A stretch of 38,929 nucleotides of DNA from Candidatus Poseidoniaceae archaeon (GTDB lineage: Archaea > Thermoplasmatota > Poseidoniia > Poseidoniales > Poseidoniaceae), in NCBI GenBank assembly GCA_949538025.1, contig CATISI010000088.1, forward strand, positions 1 through 38,929, given 5' to 3'. The position numbers and the translations under genes were made by a program. This document shows positions 18,340 to 28,418 of this stretch, piece by piece (positions within the stretch are counted from its first letter, which is position 1; each line of letters opens with the position of its first letter). The notes below the pieces were generated by a model, which saw only the letters and a program-made list of their open reading frames with translations, was not told the DNA's origin and searched no databases.

Positions 18340-20522
18340 GCAATCACCTCCGATACATGTGCATCGAGCGAGGAGATTTGCAGTGAGAATTGAATGGGTT
18401 CTCCCGCCGTATGCCAGACGGATTCTACGGTTCCAAATCCTGGGTCTGGGACCCAACCGACATAGTCTGTCAGAAGATCCAATCGGCCAGGATAGATGGT
18501 CCAATCTTCACTCGCTTCAAGACCTTGGGTGGAGGTTGCGGCAATAGCTCCTCCGTAAGGTTCTGCCCATCCACGACGTACCTCATAGGCAACATCACTT
18601 GCAAGCGATGTTCGCTTCGTTAACGTCACCTCCATGGCAAGTATGCCTCCTCCCACAGCAGAGTCACTGGTCGGATGAAGCGCTGGAATTGTTGCAGCAA
18701 ATCGTGGTCCTGGGCCACCTCGGTCCGCAGGTGCAACCAAGACCGTCGGCTTGTATTCTGGGTGATTGGTTAAGACGGCACCACCACTCATAGCAACTTC
18801 CATTCCCGTAACAGAGGACTCAAAGCCATAGACGAATCGTGAAATCTGCATGACCCAAGCAGAACCGATTGGGGTGTAAGGTTCCTCAACGATTAGGCCA
18901 TACAGTTCGATGTGCAAACTCGCAGGATAATCACCCGTTTTCCATGCTTCTTGCAAGTCAGCGATGCTGCGACCACCCATGCTCGTCCATGGCATGGTTA
19001 GGTCGACCCAACCAGATGCAGTGACGTCGATAGAGACGCAGCGTCGTGCACCTTCATGGATGCTGTCCAGAAGTCCAATCGAACCGTGATCGGCAAAGGC
19101 ATAGACGCCGTGACCTTCCTCGGTTTGAACGTTGATTTCTTGGCCATCGACGGAAACAATCAACGATTCACTCTGATTAAGTACAGTCTCGTTTTCGGAC
19201 AGCGTCGAGATATTCAATATCGTTTGATCTCCATTGCTCTTCAACTCGAGATTGAACGCGCTTGAAGTGTTTGAATGAACCCGTAATCCCGATTCCATTC
19301 CAGTATCAACCGCTCCAATTTGGTAAACACCAACTGGGGATGATGCTCCGGTCCAAATCACTGAAATTGGTTGTTCACTTTGCAACATACTAGCACCATC
19401 GAGGTCAACAGGAGGCCATGCAACGCTGTAACTGCTCAACTCGTCAATGGTCACACCAGACCCTCGCCATGTCACCGTTGCTGGTTCCTCGTTCGGATTA
19501 GAGAGGAGAAGGAATCCTTCCTTTGTTGGAGGAATAAAGGACGTCCCGTGTATTGAACCTGTAAGGCTCTTCCATGTTGCTGTACCCTCTCCACCAATCG
19601 TGATCAACAACTGGGCATCGGTCGTGGTTGTGATGTGAACGACTTGAGCTACATCGATGGACATGGCCTTGCTCCAACTCGTTCGCACACCAACGAGATC
19701 CGATGGAAGGGCCACCTCTGTAAAGTCACCAAATGCCCCGTTTCCGTGAACCATCATGACCTCCTGTGAAACAATGTTCAACTGAACATTGCCCATTGGT
19801 AGTGGTAAAGCCCACGACCGTCCAAGTCCATTCGCATTCGCATCGGTGGCTCGAACCTCAGTGGTGCCTTTTCCATCTCGCATCCAATAAACGACGAGCT
19901 CTTGGCTTGATTCAATCGACCAATCTGCACCGTCAAGTTCCCATTCTTGAACATCATCGACGAACAATTCAGCAGACTGATCGACCAAACCGTTGCGGAG
20001 CAGTTCCACATCGATTGGTCCAAGAGGAAAGCTCAATCCAGGTTTGGTTGTAAGTATCACACCGTCTGCCCAATCTGGAGCGTCGTAATGGTACGGACGA
20101 TCGGGCCCGAGCCTTAAGTCCGAGAAGCAAGCGGTTGAAGTTCTGGATTCGGGGTGCTTCAACTTCAGTGTATCATCAAAATCGAGAACATCTCGAATTC
20201 GGAAGGAGTGGTCCTCTTGCCAAGTTGAAGAATACCACATGCCACTACGCATCATGTCCCATGCGAGGGAGCCATCAACTGGAACAAACTCTTGGGTGAC
20301 CACATCGCCAGGCATTCCTTGTTCGGAGAGTGTCGTTGTTTGGTGATTGAATTGCGTCATCTGTGCAGACATATCATGTCGCTCAACGCTGCCTTCCAAT
20401 TCCTCGATAACAGGAATCATTGTGAGCATCATCAGGCTGATGATGGAGATGACTCCACCAAACAGCAGCACGGTCGCAATAGCTGCTGACACGGCCTCCT
20501 CGTCACGATGCAACTCCATCAT
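18336..20522 (-). CDS. Large type IV pilin-like protein (728 aa), possible tip/adhesin subunit
   Basis: MMELHRDEEA/VSAAIATVLLFGGVISIISLMML class III-like signal, amphipathic helix, then a beta-rich body. ATGA overlap with upstream gene. Confidence 0.8.
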   Translation of the reverse strand: MMELHRDEEAVSAAIATVLLFGGVISIISLMMLTMIPVIEELEGSVERHDMSAQMTQFNHQTTTLSEQGMPGDVVTQEFVPVDGSLAWDMMRSGMWYSSTWQEDHSFRIRDVLDFDDTLKLKHPESRTSTACFSDLRLGPDRPYHYDAPDWADGVILTTKPGLSFPLGPIDVELLRNGLVDQSAELFVDDVQEWELDGADWSIESSQELVVYWMRDGKGTTEVRATDANANGLGRSWALPLPMGNVQLNIVSQEVMMVHGNGAFGDFTEVALPSDLVGVRTSWSKAMSIDVAQVVHITTTTDAQLLITIGGEGTATWKSLTGSIHGTSFIPPTKEGFLLLSNPNEEPATVTWRGSGVTIDELSSYSVAWPPVDLDGASMLQSEQPISVIWTGASSPVGVYQIGAVDTGMESGLRVHSNTSSAFNLELKSNGDQTILNISTLSENETVLNQSESLIVSVDGQEINVQTEEGHGVYAFADHGSIGLLDSIHEGARRCVSIDVTASGWVDLTMPWTSMGGRSIADLQEAWKTGDYPASLHIELYGLIVEEPYTPIGSAWVMQISRFVYGFESSVTGMEVAMSGGAVLTNHPEYKPTVLVAPADRGGPGPRFAATIPALHPTSDSAVGGGILAMEVTLTKRTSLASDVAYEVRRGWAEPYGGAIAATSTQGLEASEDWTIYPGRLDLLTDYVGWVPDPGFGTVESVWHTAGEPIQFSLQISSLDAHVSEVIA

Positions 20523-21559
20523 GCATTCACCGCCAATCGTCGTACGTCGATCTCAAGGTAGAGGGGTTGACCCTGTGTTTCCACCGTTAAACCGTCGCTT
20601 CCACTCGCTCTCTGGTACGGAGTGATTCCAACGAATTCACCAAGTGTTCCTGATGCCCGACTAATGGTGTACTCGTTGAGCCAAGCTTCGTGGTACTGCG
20701 GGTCGATGACGGAATGGAGTGTGTTGGTGACCTTGATTTGAAGGTTGTACGATTCACCCGTAAACAATTGAATTGGTCCAAGGGATTCGACCTTGAATCC
20801 AACGTTTGGACCATTCCCAAGCGCATTGCCCAAACGGAGGTCTGTAAGAACTATTGAAAGTCTTGTGGAGCCATCGACCAGTGTATCAAGGCGCAACTTT
20901 GGTGCCTCTTCAATGGTCCATGAGGTTGTCGGATCTCGAGAAATCCTCGCATCGTTAATCAATGCAATTTGGTTCATTCCTCCATCGATTGCTGTGTTGA
21001 TACTCAGGCCTGAAAGAACGAAGCGTGACCATCGGTGGACATGGTCACCTCCTGCATTGTAGAAATCGATGATGAGAAATGCTTCACTGTCCATGCTGTG
21101 ATCTAGGGTTGTCCATTCGAACGAAGGTGTAACAGTAAACTGAGTTGTATTCTGAACGGCTTGTACAACCACATTCGTCACAGATTCATTGAGAGCCATA
21201 AATTCAAACGATGTTGCATTCAATTCGTTTACTTTGACCACTTCGAGCGGCGATAAATCAGCGGCAATCGTCCACTCTTCGACAAGATTCGCAGGATTGA
21301 TTGAGGACGATTTTAAGGACAGAGCTTGGCGTGTACCAGTACCATCTGGTGCATCACCAACAACATCGATACGGTCTTCAATTCGGTCTGCAATGTTACT
21401 GGCACTGTTCCAGTTGGTGTTGTCGTGAAACGCAACCAAGTATGGATTGAGGAAAATCCAGACGCCGCCCATGATTGTAATGACCATGGCAAGCATCATG
21501 ATGACGCCGAGGATTTCACTAACGGCATCGTCATCTTCAGCAGTTCTACGCCGACGCAT
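20519..21559 (-). CDS. Archaeal type IV pilin-like protein (346 aa)
   Basis: MRRRRTAEDDDA/VSEILGVIMMLAMVITIMGGVWIF resembles the archaeal pilin N-terminal AVSEIxGxxLM pattern. GGGGAGG RBS upstream. Confidence 0.85.
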   Translation of the reverse strand: MRRRRTAEDDDAVSEILGVIMMLAMVITIMGGVWIFLNPYLVAFHDNTNWNSASNIADRIEDRIDVVGDAPDGTGTRQALSLKSSSINPANLVEEWTIAADLSPLEVVKVNELNATSFEFMALNESVTNVVVQAVQNTTQFTVTPSFEWTTLDHSMDSEAFLIIDFYNAGGDHVHRWSRFVLSGLSINTAIDGGMNQIALINDARISRDPTTSWTIEEAPKLRLDTLVDGSTRLSIVLTDLRLGNALGNGPNVGFKVESLGPIQLFTGESYNLQIKVTNTLHSVIDPQYHEAWLNEYTISRASGTLGEFVGITPYQRASGSDGLTVETQGQPLYLEIDVRRLAVNA

Positions 21560-21625
21560 CTTGGCCTCCCCTTATTCTACGTAGTTCTTCGGCTGCATTT
21601 AGGCATTGACCTCAGGGTTGCTGTT

Positions 21626-22456
21626 TTACAGCAGTTCTCGTTGAATACGTTGAATGGCGTTGGTAGCGAATCCATCTCCGTCACGACGTCCGATGAAGTG
21701 CGAAAATTGTGGTCCATCTTGGAGTGAAATGTTGATGTCTCCCTCAAACACTTCATCGATCTCAAACAAGACTGTTGATTCTGCCAGATGGGGTGCATTG
21801 TTCATTTCAGAAAGGTGTGTCAGAGTAATGCTCCTCGTCTTGTCCGTGCATACTTGTGCGAGAAATTCACCTGTTTGCAAATTGGACAAGTGTCCTCCTC
21901 TGCCGGTAATTCGATCTTTGAGGGATGATGGATAAGGTCCAGACATCAACCTGTTTCGATCGTAGTTTGCTTCAACTGCAATGTGTTGGCAACCTCGGAC
22001 ATGATGTACCAACTCATCTGTCCAGCTTCCCAAGTCAGTGATAATCGCTGAACGTTCTCCTCCATGGCTTGCTACGAAGGCCACATTGTCTGCACCTGAA
22101 TGAGGGACTGGAACAGGCAAGAGGGAAATGCCGTTGTTGAACGGTAAGACGTCAAGCGCCTCAAACGGCAGTGTTAATTCAGGCAGTAAGCCGAGTTCTG
22201 CACTGGTTCTGCTATTAGCGTAGACTGGAACTTTCCACCGCTTCTGAGCGATGAGTGCGCCTCCACCATGATCGCCATGATGGTGTGTGATGACAATCGC
22301 CTCAAGTTCATCTGGAGATACATCAAGCATGTTGAGTCTCTTCTCCAGTTGGACTCCACTGAACCCTTGATCGACGAGGATGTGGGATGAACCTGAACTT
22401 AGCAACGTGGCATTGCCACGACTGCCAGTGCCAAGGTGCGTGATTGACATTCCCAT
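21626..22456 (-). CDS. MBL-fold metallo-hydrolase, YycJ/WalJ-like
   Basis: LGTGSRGNA, VDQG, THHHGDH (HxHxDH), TDLG, EANYD, GHLSN, HLSEMNN. Start moved to ATG 22456 (or 22450). Confidence 0.9.
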   Translation of the reverse strand: MGMSITHLGTGSRGNATLLSSGSSHILVDQGFSGVQLEKRLNMLDVSPDELEAIVITHHHGDHGGGALIAQKRWKVPVYANSRTSAELGLLPELTLPFEALDVLPFNNGISLLPVPVPHSGADNVAFVASHGGERSAIITDLGSWTDELVHHVRGCQHIAVEANYDRNRLMSGPYPSSLKDRITGRGGHLSNLQTGEFLAQVCTDKTRSITLTHLSEMNNAPHLAESTVLFEIDEVFEGDINISLQDGPQFSHFIGRRDGDGFATNAIQRIQRELL

Positions 22457-22628
22457 TCGAATCGTAGTAAGGCGAGTGCAGACGGATATTGAATACACCG
22501 CTCGAATTTGGTAAAAATCGCTAATATTCACGCCACAACCACGCAACCGTGTATGAACAACGCTCCATCATTGCTATAAGCGTGGAGACAAGGAGTTTGG
22601 ATAGGGCGTTACGCCGTAGGTGATTGTA

Positions 22629-25600
22629 TTGCGTAGGAGCCAGACCACTTTACTCACCTCCCTTGCTGTGATTGCAGGGCTGCTGTTCATGTCGCAGTTC
22701 CCTGTCATCTCCCCCGTTTCGAACGTTCATCCTGATGATACATTCGGCGAAAAACCGCCAACAACGGACACGGACGGAGATGGCATTCCAGATGTTCACG
22801 AGAACATTTTCGAAGAGTGGATTAATTTCTCTGCCGTCGATGGACGCCTCGTAACGATGAAGGGTCTCGACAAAAGCGATGCATCGGACGCTGATTTTGA
22901 TGTTGATCGAGACGGACTAAACAATACCGAAGAGTATTGTTGGCCTTATCCCGACAATTGCAACGATCCCGGTTTTTCACGAGGTCTAACAGGAACACTT
23001 GATGAGAACGGCGACAGAATCTACCTCGACCCTCGTGTCTCTGACACAGACGGAGATGGTATGCCCGATGGATTTGAAGCATGGATGTGCGATCGTGCAG
23101 GTGGTTTTGATGAAGTGACGCAACGTTATGTCTGCCCATACTTCGACCCATTGAACGCAAGTGACCAAACCGATGACCCAGATGAGGATGGTTTCGATGT
23201 CAATCGCGACGGATTCCTCACGGTTGCAGAACAGTACACTTCTCCAGAAGAATATCGCTACGGTATGCCAGGGAATTTCACCCACGAATTGGATGGATTA
23301 TGGTGTTCAGCAACGCTTCCACAAGGTTCCGTTTTGACACAGTGGCCATTCATTACCAACGGAGCGAATGCATCCTTTGTGAACATTCTACCAGCCTGTA
23401 CGAGCAATGCTACTGGTGTTGTTGGTGAAGACCTTTGGCTAGGGACCGACCCGCTGCTTGACGATTCGGATCGCTATAGTTGGGACGGTTTTGCGATTCG
23501 TCCACTTTATCCCTCGTTTGGAGATGGAATGCCGGATGGTTGGGAAGTACACTTTGGACTCAATCCATTGAACCGCTCAAACGCTTTGCTCGACGATGAC
23601 CGAGACGGCTGGGATTTGAATCGAGATGGACTCGTTTCTGCTGATGTGAGTCGGACCGACACAGCCATTGCACTGGGTGAATCATTGTCCAACCTTGAGG
23701 AATTTTACACGCACAACGACGAAGGCAATACCGTACGCTCGGGTCTTCGAGAGGTCCAATTGGGCGTGAATGATTCATCGTTCAAGGAGTATCCTTTGAT
23801 ATTCAATGCCATACCCGGATCTCTTTCTGTTATGCACCATGATGTTCGAAGTATACTCGTCGAGGGTTCGACCGGGTATTATCTGACACGTTACGGGATG
23901 ACAACGATTGACTACGAAACAGAAACAACCCAGGATCAGTGGTTCCCGCAAGGAATTACCGGATACGAAGCAGCCTTTGTCGAATCTGAGAACGGTCCAC
24001 ATTCAGTTGCTATTGCAACTTCACATGGAATACATGTTGCTGCTTTGCAAGTCGATGGTTTTGTCGAACCAATCGAGTCGTGGTCTTCAACAGAAGCAGT
24101 TGAGGTCTTCGCTCTTCAACAACTCGCTATCGAAGGTTCAAGCCAACAACTCATTGCATTGGGTTCCAACGGCGATGGTATGGTTGTCGAAGTAAATGCA
24201 GGCGGTCAAATCACACAAACCTACGAACTTGGATCCAATTTGAAGTCCGCTCTGATGCAAGACGAAGTTGTTGTTACTGAACTAGAGCATGGAAATGTTC
24301 CGGGTGGTGGCTTGGTGCTTTACATTGGTACAGAGCGAGGCATGATGACACTAGAATCTGCCACAGGGCGGGACGATGCTTCCCCGACATGGAGATTCTT
24401 CTTCGACGCAAATCCCTCGAACATCCCGAACAGGATTGATGATTTGAGAACGCTCAATCTCGGTGCGACTGGAAATCCAGCAGAGGTCCAAGCCCTTGTT
24501 CTTGATGGTCCTAATCCTCAAAATCCAACCGCTCTCTGGATTGGTACTCCATCTGGTTTGCATCGTTTGAATCTCGAACTGAACGATATGTCGTTTGGGG
24601 ATCTCCTTGAGCATCCAGGTGGCGATGCAGACGAACTCGCAAAATCCAACAATATTCATTCGATCTATCCGACGGGTAATGAAATCCTTGTTGGTTCATC
24701 CGACGGTTTGTGGGTCCTTGCAGGGAACTATCTGGATGTCTATGGCCTCCAATCCAATTCCGAAATGCCCGGTGAAATCGCATCCATTGCCATCATGGAG
24801 CGTGATGGAGAAACCTACATCCTCGGTGCATCGGCACCTGGTCGGTTTGCAAATTTGGAGCTCATGGACCCGGGTGCGAACGATTCAGACAGTGACGGAA
24901 TGCCTGATGGGTGGGAGCTTGCTTACGGTTTAGACCCAACCGATCCATGGGATGCACTTCTCGATGGAGATGTCGATGGACTCCGGTTGAATGGAGGCGA
25001 TGAAATCGATCGTTGGTGGACCAACCTCGAGGAATATCGCTACGTTGCACGAACTGTAGACGGCTACAATTCTACCATGCCCAATCAGAGCGATTCCGAC
25101 ATGGATGGCTTGATGGATGGTGCCGAATTCTTTGGCTACTACCTTAGTGAAACAAATTTTGATTGTTACTACACTCCACAACTGGTTTACACCTGCGACG
25201 AAGCCTTAGGTGAACAAGCAAGAACGACCTACAGCAGCCTGAACTCGATCGATGTCGGTACCGATCCAACCGTGCTGGACACGGACGGAGATGGGATGCC
25301 CGATGGGTGGGAGATTGAACATCGTCGATGGGTTGGCAACTCCTTTACCGGTGGGAACAATTGGTCGCTTGATCCAACACGTGCAGACGATGCGGCGTGG
25401 GATGCTGATCAAGACGGATTAGCAAACTTGTGTGAATATCAATGGTCGCTTGTACGAAAGGCCGGTCTTCAAGGGGACTTGTTTGAAGAGTTTGGCGAGT
25501 CTCCTGAGGCGGTTGCAACGTGGTCTGTCCCAGATCCGAACCTCGTTGATTCAGACGGTGACACCTTGCCTGATGGTTGGGAAGCTGATGCTCAATGCAC

Positions 25601-28370
25601 ATGGTCACCACTCCGCATCGGTGTGAACCCATTGAATGGTTCGGATTTATTTGAAAACCCTGATGGTGATGGGTACGATGTCAACAAGGATGGTGTTCTC
25701 ACACAGAATGAGATGTTTGTCAACTACCTTGAGTATCACATTCGCTCAGGTCTCTTCTTGGATAATCAAACACTCGATGGCATGGAAATGCCGAATGGTT
25801 TCACGACAGATTTGTTTGACAACATTTCTGATTTCGGACTTCCAGAGGCTGATTTCGCCTCTCGAGCGAGCGGTGCAATCCTTGCAGGCCAAATTCCAAT
25901 TGAAAAGGGTTCGACAGATCCGTTCAGTGCTGATTCCGATGAGGATGGGATGCCGGATGGTTGGGAGATTTGGTTCGCACGATGGAACGTTATTGATGAT
26001 GAATGGACACTGAATCCGCTGCAACCGAGCGATCGATGGCTTGATGCAGATGACGATGGGATGACCAACTGGGAAGAATACAATCTCATTGATTCAAGTC
26101 TATCCGAAACGAACACCAATCGTTCATCGCCCCAATGGTTTGTCACCACGCTTGGCTCGGCCTATGCATTCCAACAGTGGCCTTCAGCGTCGACAACATA
26201 TTCCTTTGGTACCTACATGACCTCGGACCAGTACAATCTCACTGGTCCAACAGGTGACCCAAACAACGTTGATACGGATGGAGATGGCATCATCGATGGG
26301 CTTGAGTTGCTGTTCACTGCATGGAACATTTCTGCTCAAACATGGACATTGAACCCAGTCGTTGCAGGCGATGGTACTTTTGACAGCGACAACGACGGAT
26401 TGGTCGATTTGCAAGAATTTGCCCTTGCGACTTCAAACCCAGAGAACGGAATTGATGCACCAGCAGATGCTCCACTGCTTCACGAAGATGGGGACGTGCA
26501 ACAGCCAACGAAAAAGGCGCAACGAGTTTTCCAAATTCTCATATCAAAGGATTCCCGTGGAAAGCGATTGTTGGACGATTTCAACGCCTGGCAGTCCGGT
26601 GAACCTCCGAATGTGTTCATTTCTCTCCTCCTAGGAATGACAGACCCTACCAACCCGGATACCGATGATGATGGCATGTACGATGGTTTCGAGTATTGGT
26701 TCACTTCATGGGATTTGAACGAGAATCGATGGGGATTGAATCCACTGATTGAGACCGACGTCAATCTTGATTCGGACGGTGATAGTTACGATTGCAACCG
26801 AGACGGAACCATTGACCTGGACGAGCGCTACTCCAACCTGCGTGAGTGGGAAGCACGAACTTGGGGCAAGTACCTGAATAGAACCTCAGTACCTGCTTCT
26901 GTTGGTATCGTGGACTTCGGCGAGGATGCTATGAATGCGTACATCGAAGAAACAGGCATGACCATCTTGCAAGCTCGCCAAGCCTTGATTGATGACTTCA
27001 TGGCGAAAGGACCTGAGTCTGTGAGCCGAATGAGCACCATCAATTCCTTCAATGAAAACAACTTCAACCGAACTCTAGTCGGTGTATCCGACCCAACGCA
27101 TCCTGATTCTGATTCCGATGGAATTCCGGATGGCTGGGAATATTGCTACGCCCTTTACGGTATGGACAATCCAACAACTGAAAACCATTGGGCCGCAAAC
27201 CCACTGAATCCATGGGATGTGAACTATGACGGTGATTCAGACGGCTGGTATGACCGGACTGCGTTCGATGTACCTGCACCACAAGGCGAATGGTCCGATC
27301 GCGTCTTTACCCCCTCCTCGCAAGTGGTCCAGCCTGGCATCGGTGACCTACCGTTCACCAACTGGATGGAGTACGACAACGACACGCGCCCAGATTCCAA
27401 CGATAGCGACAGCGACTCTGAGTCGTTCATTACAGAAACGATGAACGGTATGGTCACCGCACATTACCAAGATTTCAATCTGACAGATGGACGTGAAGTG
27501 TTCAAGTATGGTACGAACCCAATGGACAACGACACGGATGGCGATATGATTCCTGATTGGTATGAGTATGCCAAGGCTTGGAATGAATCCAACGACAATT
27601 ATTCATCGTTTTTGCAGATTCGAGTTGATTGGATCGATCCCGGTACTGGCGGACCTTGTGACACCTCGACGAATTCATGTTTACCTTTGTCGTTGGATGC
27701 TGGAGTCCTTGGCCGTCCAGACCTTTCCTACACGTGGTTTACCATGGATCCCAGAGATGCAATCGATGCCAACGAAGATGCAGATCAAGATGGAAATTGG
27801 GATTGTTCTGGTGTCGGTTGTGTGTATGAACCCTACACAAATTTCCAAGAGTATTTTGCCATCACGAGCGAGCAACTATCAAGCCCGAATGCCGTACGCC
27901 TATCCGGCTTGACCTACCAAGGTGAGGTTCTACAAGAGGGATGGCAGTTGCGTGCACTCTTGCTGGGTTTGGGCCAGTGGGATGAGGGTGTGAAGAACTA
28001 TCTCAAGATGGACAAATCACAGAGTTCCGATTTCCGTTATGCCTACATCGTCAACGATAACGATGTCGATTTCCTTGTTCAAGATGCATCCAACCACGTT
28101 GTACTCAGTGGTGGTAATCTCACCGATCCTTGGGAGATTTACTACACGGGCGCTCCGAATACCGCCCCAGTACGTGCCGTTGGGGAGCACGAATTCGGAT
28201 GGTATCTCTTGGACTACAACGATGATCACGTCGCTGAAGGAACCGATCCTACCAATTGGGATACGGACGGCGATTGGATGGTAGATTGGTTCGAAGTCAA
28301 CGATGATGAACAGGACGGAAGTCGGGGTGAAACTTCTCCAATCCGGTACGATTCACGTCAAACCACATAG
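22629..28370 (+). CDS. Secreted/anchored Ca-binding DxDxDG (thrombospondin type 3-like) repeat protein with central beta-propeller
   Basis: N-terminal hydrophobic signal (LLTSLAVIAGLLFM); roughly two dozen DxDxDG-type motifs (DTDGDGMPDGWE etc.); propeller-like blades (LYIGTERGM, LWIGTPSGL, ILVGSSDGL). Probable start is TTG 22629 after AGGTGA; GTG 22620 is the alternative. Confidence 0.85.
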   Translation: MRRSQTTLLTSLAVIAGLLFMSQFPVISPVSNVHPDDTFGEKPPTTDTDGDGIPDVHENIFEEWINFSAVDGRLVTMKGLDKSDASDADFDVDRDGLNNTEEYCWPYPDNCNDPGFSRGLTGTLDENGDRIYLDPRVSDTDGDGMPDGFEAWMCDRAGGFDEVTQRYVCPYFDPLNASDQTDDPDEDGFDVNRDGFLTVAEQYTSPEEYRYGMPGNFTHELDGLWCSATLPQGSVLTQWPFITNGANASFVNILPACTSNATGVVGEDLWLGTDPLLDDSDRYSWDGFAIRPLYPSFGDGMPDGWEVHFGLNPLNRSNALLDDDRDGWDLNRDGLVSADVSRTDTAIALGESLSNLEEFYTHNDEGNTVRSGLREVQLGVNDSSFKEYPLIFNAIPGSLSVMHHDVRSILVEGSTGYYLTRYGMTTIDYETETTQDQWFPQGITGYEAAFVESENGPHSVAIATSHGIHVAALQVDGFVEPIESWSSTEAVEVFALQQLAIEGSSQQLIALGSNGDGMVVEVNAGGQITQTYELGSNLKSALMQDEVVVTELEHGNVPGGGLVLYIGTERGMMTLESATGRDDASPTWRFFFDANPSNIPNRIDDLRTLNLGATGNPAEVQALVLDGPNPQNPTALWIGTPSGLHRLNLELNDMSFGDLLEHPGGDADELAKSNNIHSIYPTGNEILVGSSDGLWVLAGNYLDVYGLQSNSEMPGEIASIAIMERDGETYILGASAPGRFANLELMDPGANDSDSDGMPDGWELAYGLDPTDPWDALLDGDVDGLRLNGGDEIDRWWTNLEEYRYVARTVDGYNSTMPNQSDSDMDGLMDGAEFFGYYLSETNFDCYYTPQLVYTCDEALGEQARTTYSSLNSIDVGTDPTVLDTDGDGMPDGWEIEHRRWVGNSFTGGNNWSLDPTRADDAAWDADQDGLANLCEYQWSLVRKAGLQGDLFEEFGESPEAVATWSVPDPNLVDSDGDTLPDGWEADAQCTWSPLRIGVNPLNGSDLFENPDGDGYDVNKDGVLTQNEMFVNYLEYHIRSGLFLDNQTLDGMEMPNGFTTDLFDNISDFGLPEADFASRASGAILAGQIPIEKGSTDPFSADSDEDGMPDGWEIWFARWNVIDDEWTLNPLQPSDRWLDADDDGMTNWEEYNLIDSSLSETNTNRSSPQWFVTTLGSAYAFQQWPSASTTYSFGTYMTSDQYNLTGPTGDPNNVDTDGDGIIDGLELLFTAWNISAQTWTLNPVVAGDGTFDSDNDGLVDLQEFALATSNPENGIDAPADAPLLHEDGDVQQPTKKAQRVFQILISKDSRGKRLLDDFNAWQSGEPPNVFISLLLGMTDPTNPDTDDDGMYDGFEYWFTSWDLNENRWGLNPLIETDVNLDSDGDSYDCNRDGTIDLDERYSNLREWEARTWGKYLNRTSVPASVGIVDFGEDAMNAYIEETGMTILQARQALIDDFMAKGPESVSRMSTINSFNENNFNRTLVGVSDPTHPDSDSDGIPDGWEYCYALYGMDNPTTENHWAANPLNPWDVNYDGDSDGWYDRTAFDVPAPQGEWSDRVFTPSSQVVQPGIGDLPFTNWMEYDNDTRPDSNDSDSDSESFITETMNGMVTAHYQDFNLTDGREVFKYGTNPMDNDTDGDMIPDWYEYAKAWNESNDNYSSFLQIRVDWIDPGTGGPCDTSTNSCLPLSLDAGVLGRPDLSYTWFTMDPRDAIDANEDADQDGNWDCSGVGCVYEPYTNFQEYFAITSEQLSSPNAVRLSGLTYQGEVLQEGWQLRALLLGLGQWDEGVKNYLKMDKSQSSDFRYAYIVNDNDVDFLVQDASNHVVLSGGNLTDPWEIYYTGAPNTAPVRAVGEHEFGWYLLDYNDDHVAEGTDPTNWDTDGDWMVDWFEVNDDEQDGSRGETSPIRYDSRQTT

Positions 28371-28418
28371 TGACCGCAGAGCAAACGCTTGATAATCCTT
28401 CAAGCACTGGGTTGTAAC

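Noticed and set aside
18340..18504. N-terminal 55 aa of the 211-aa ORF call
   Set aside because: Overlaps the upstream pilin gene; a strong RBS and TTGA coupling place the start at 18339.
22760..28300. Recurrent DNA words such as GATGCCGGATGGTTGGGA suggesting a CRISPR array or DGR repeat
   Set aside because: They encode the protein motif MPDGWE, vary at synonymous positions and are irregularly spaced; no cas or reverse transcriptase gene is present.
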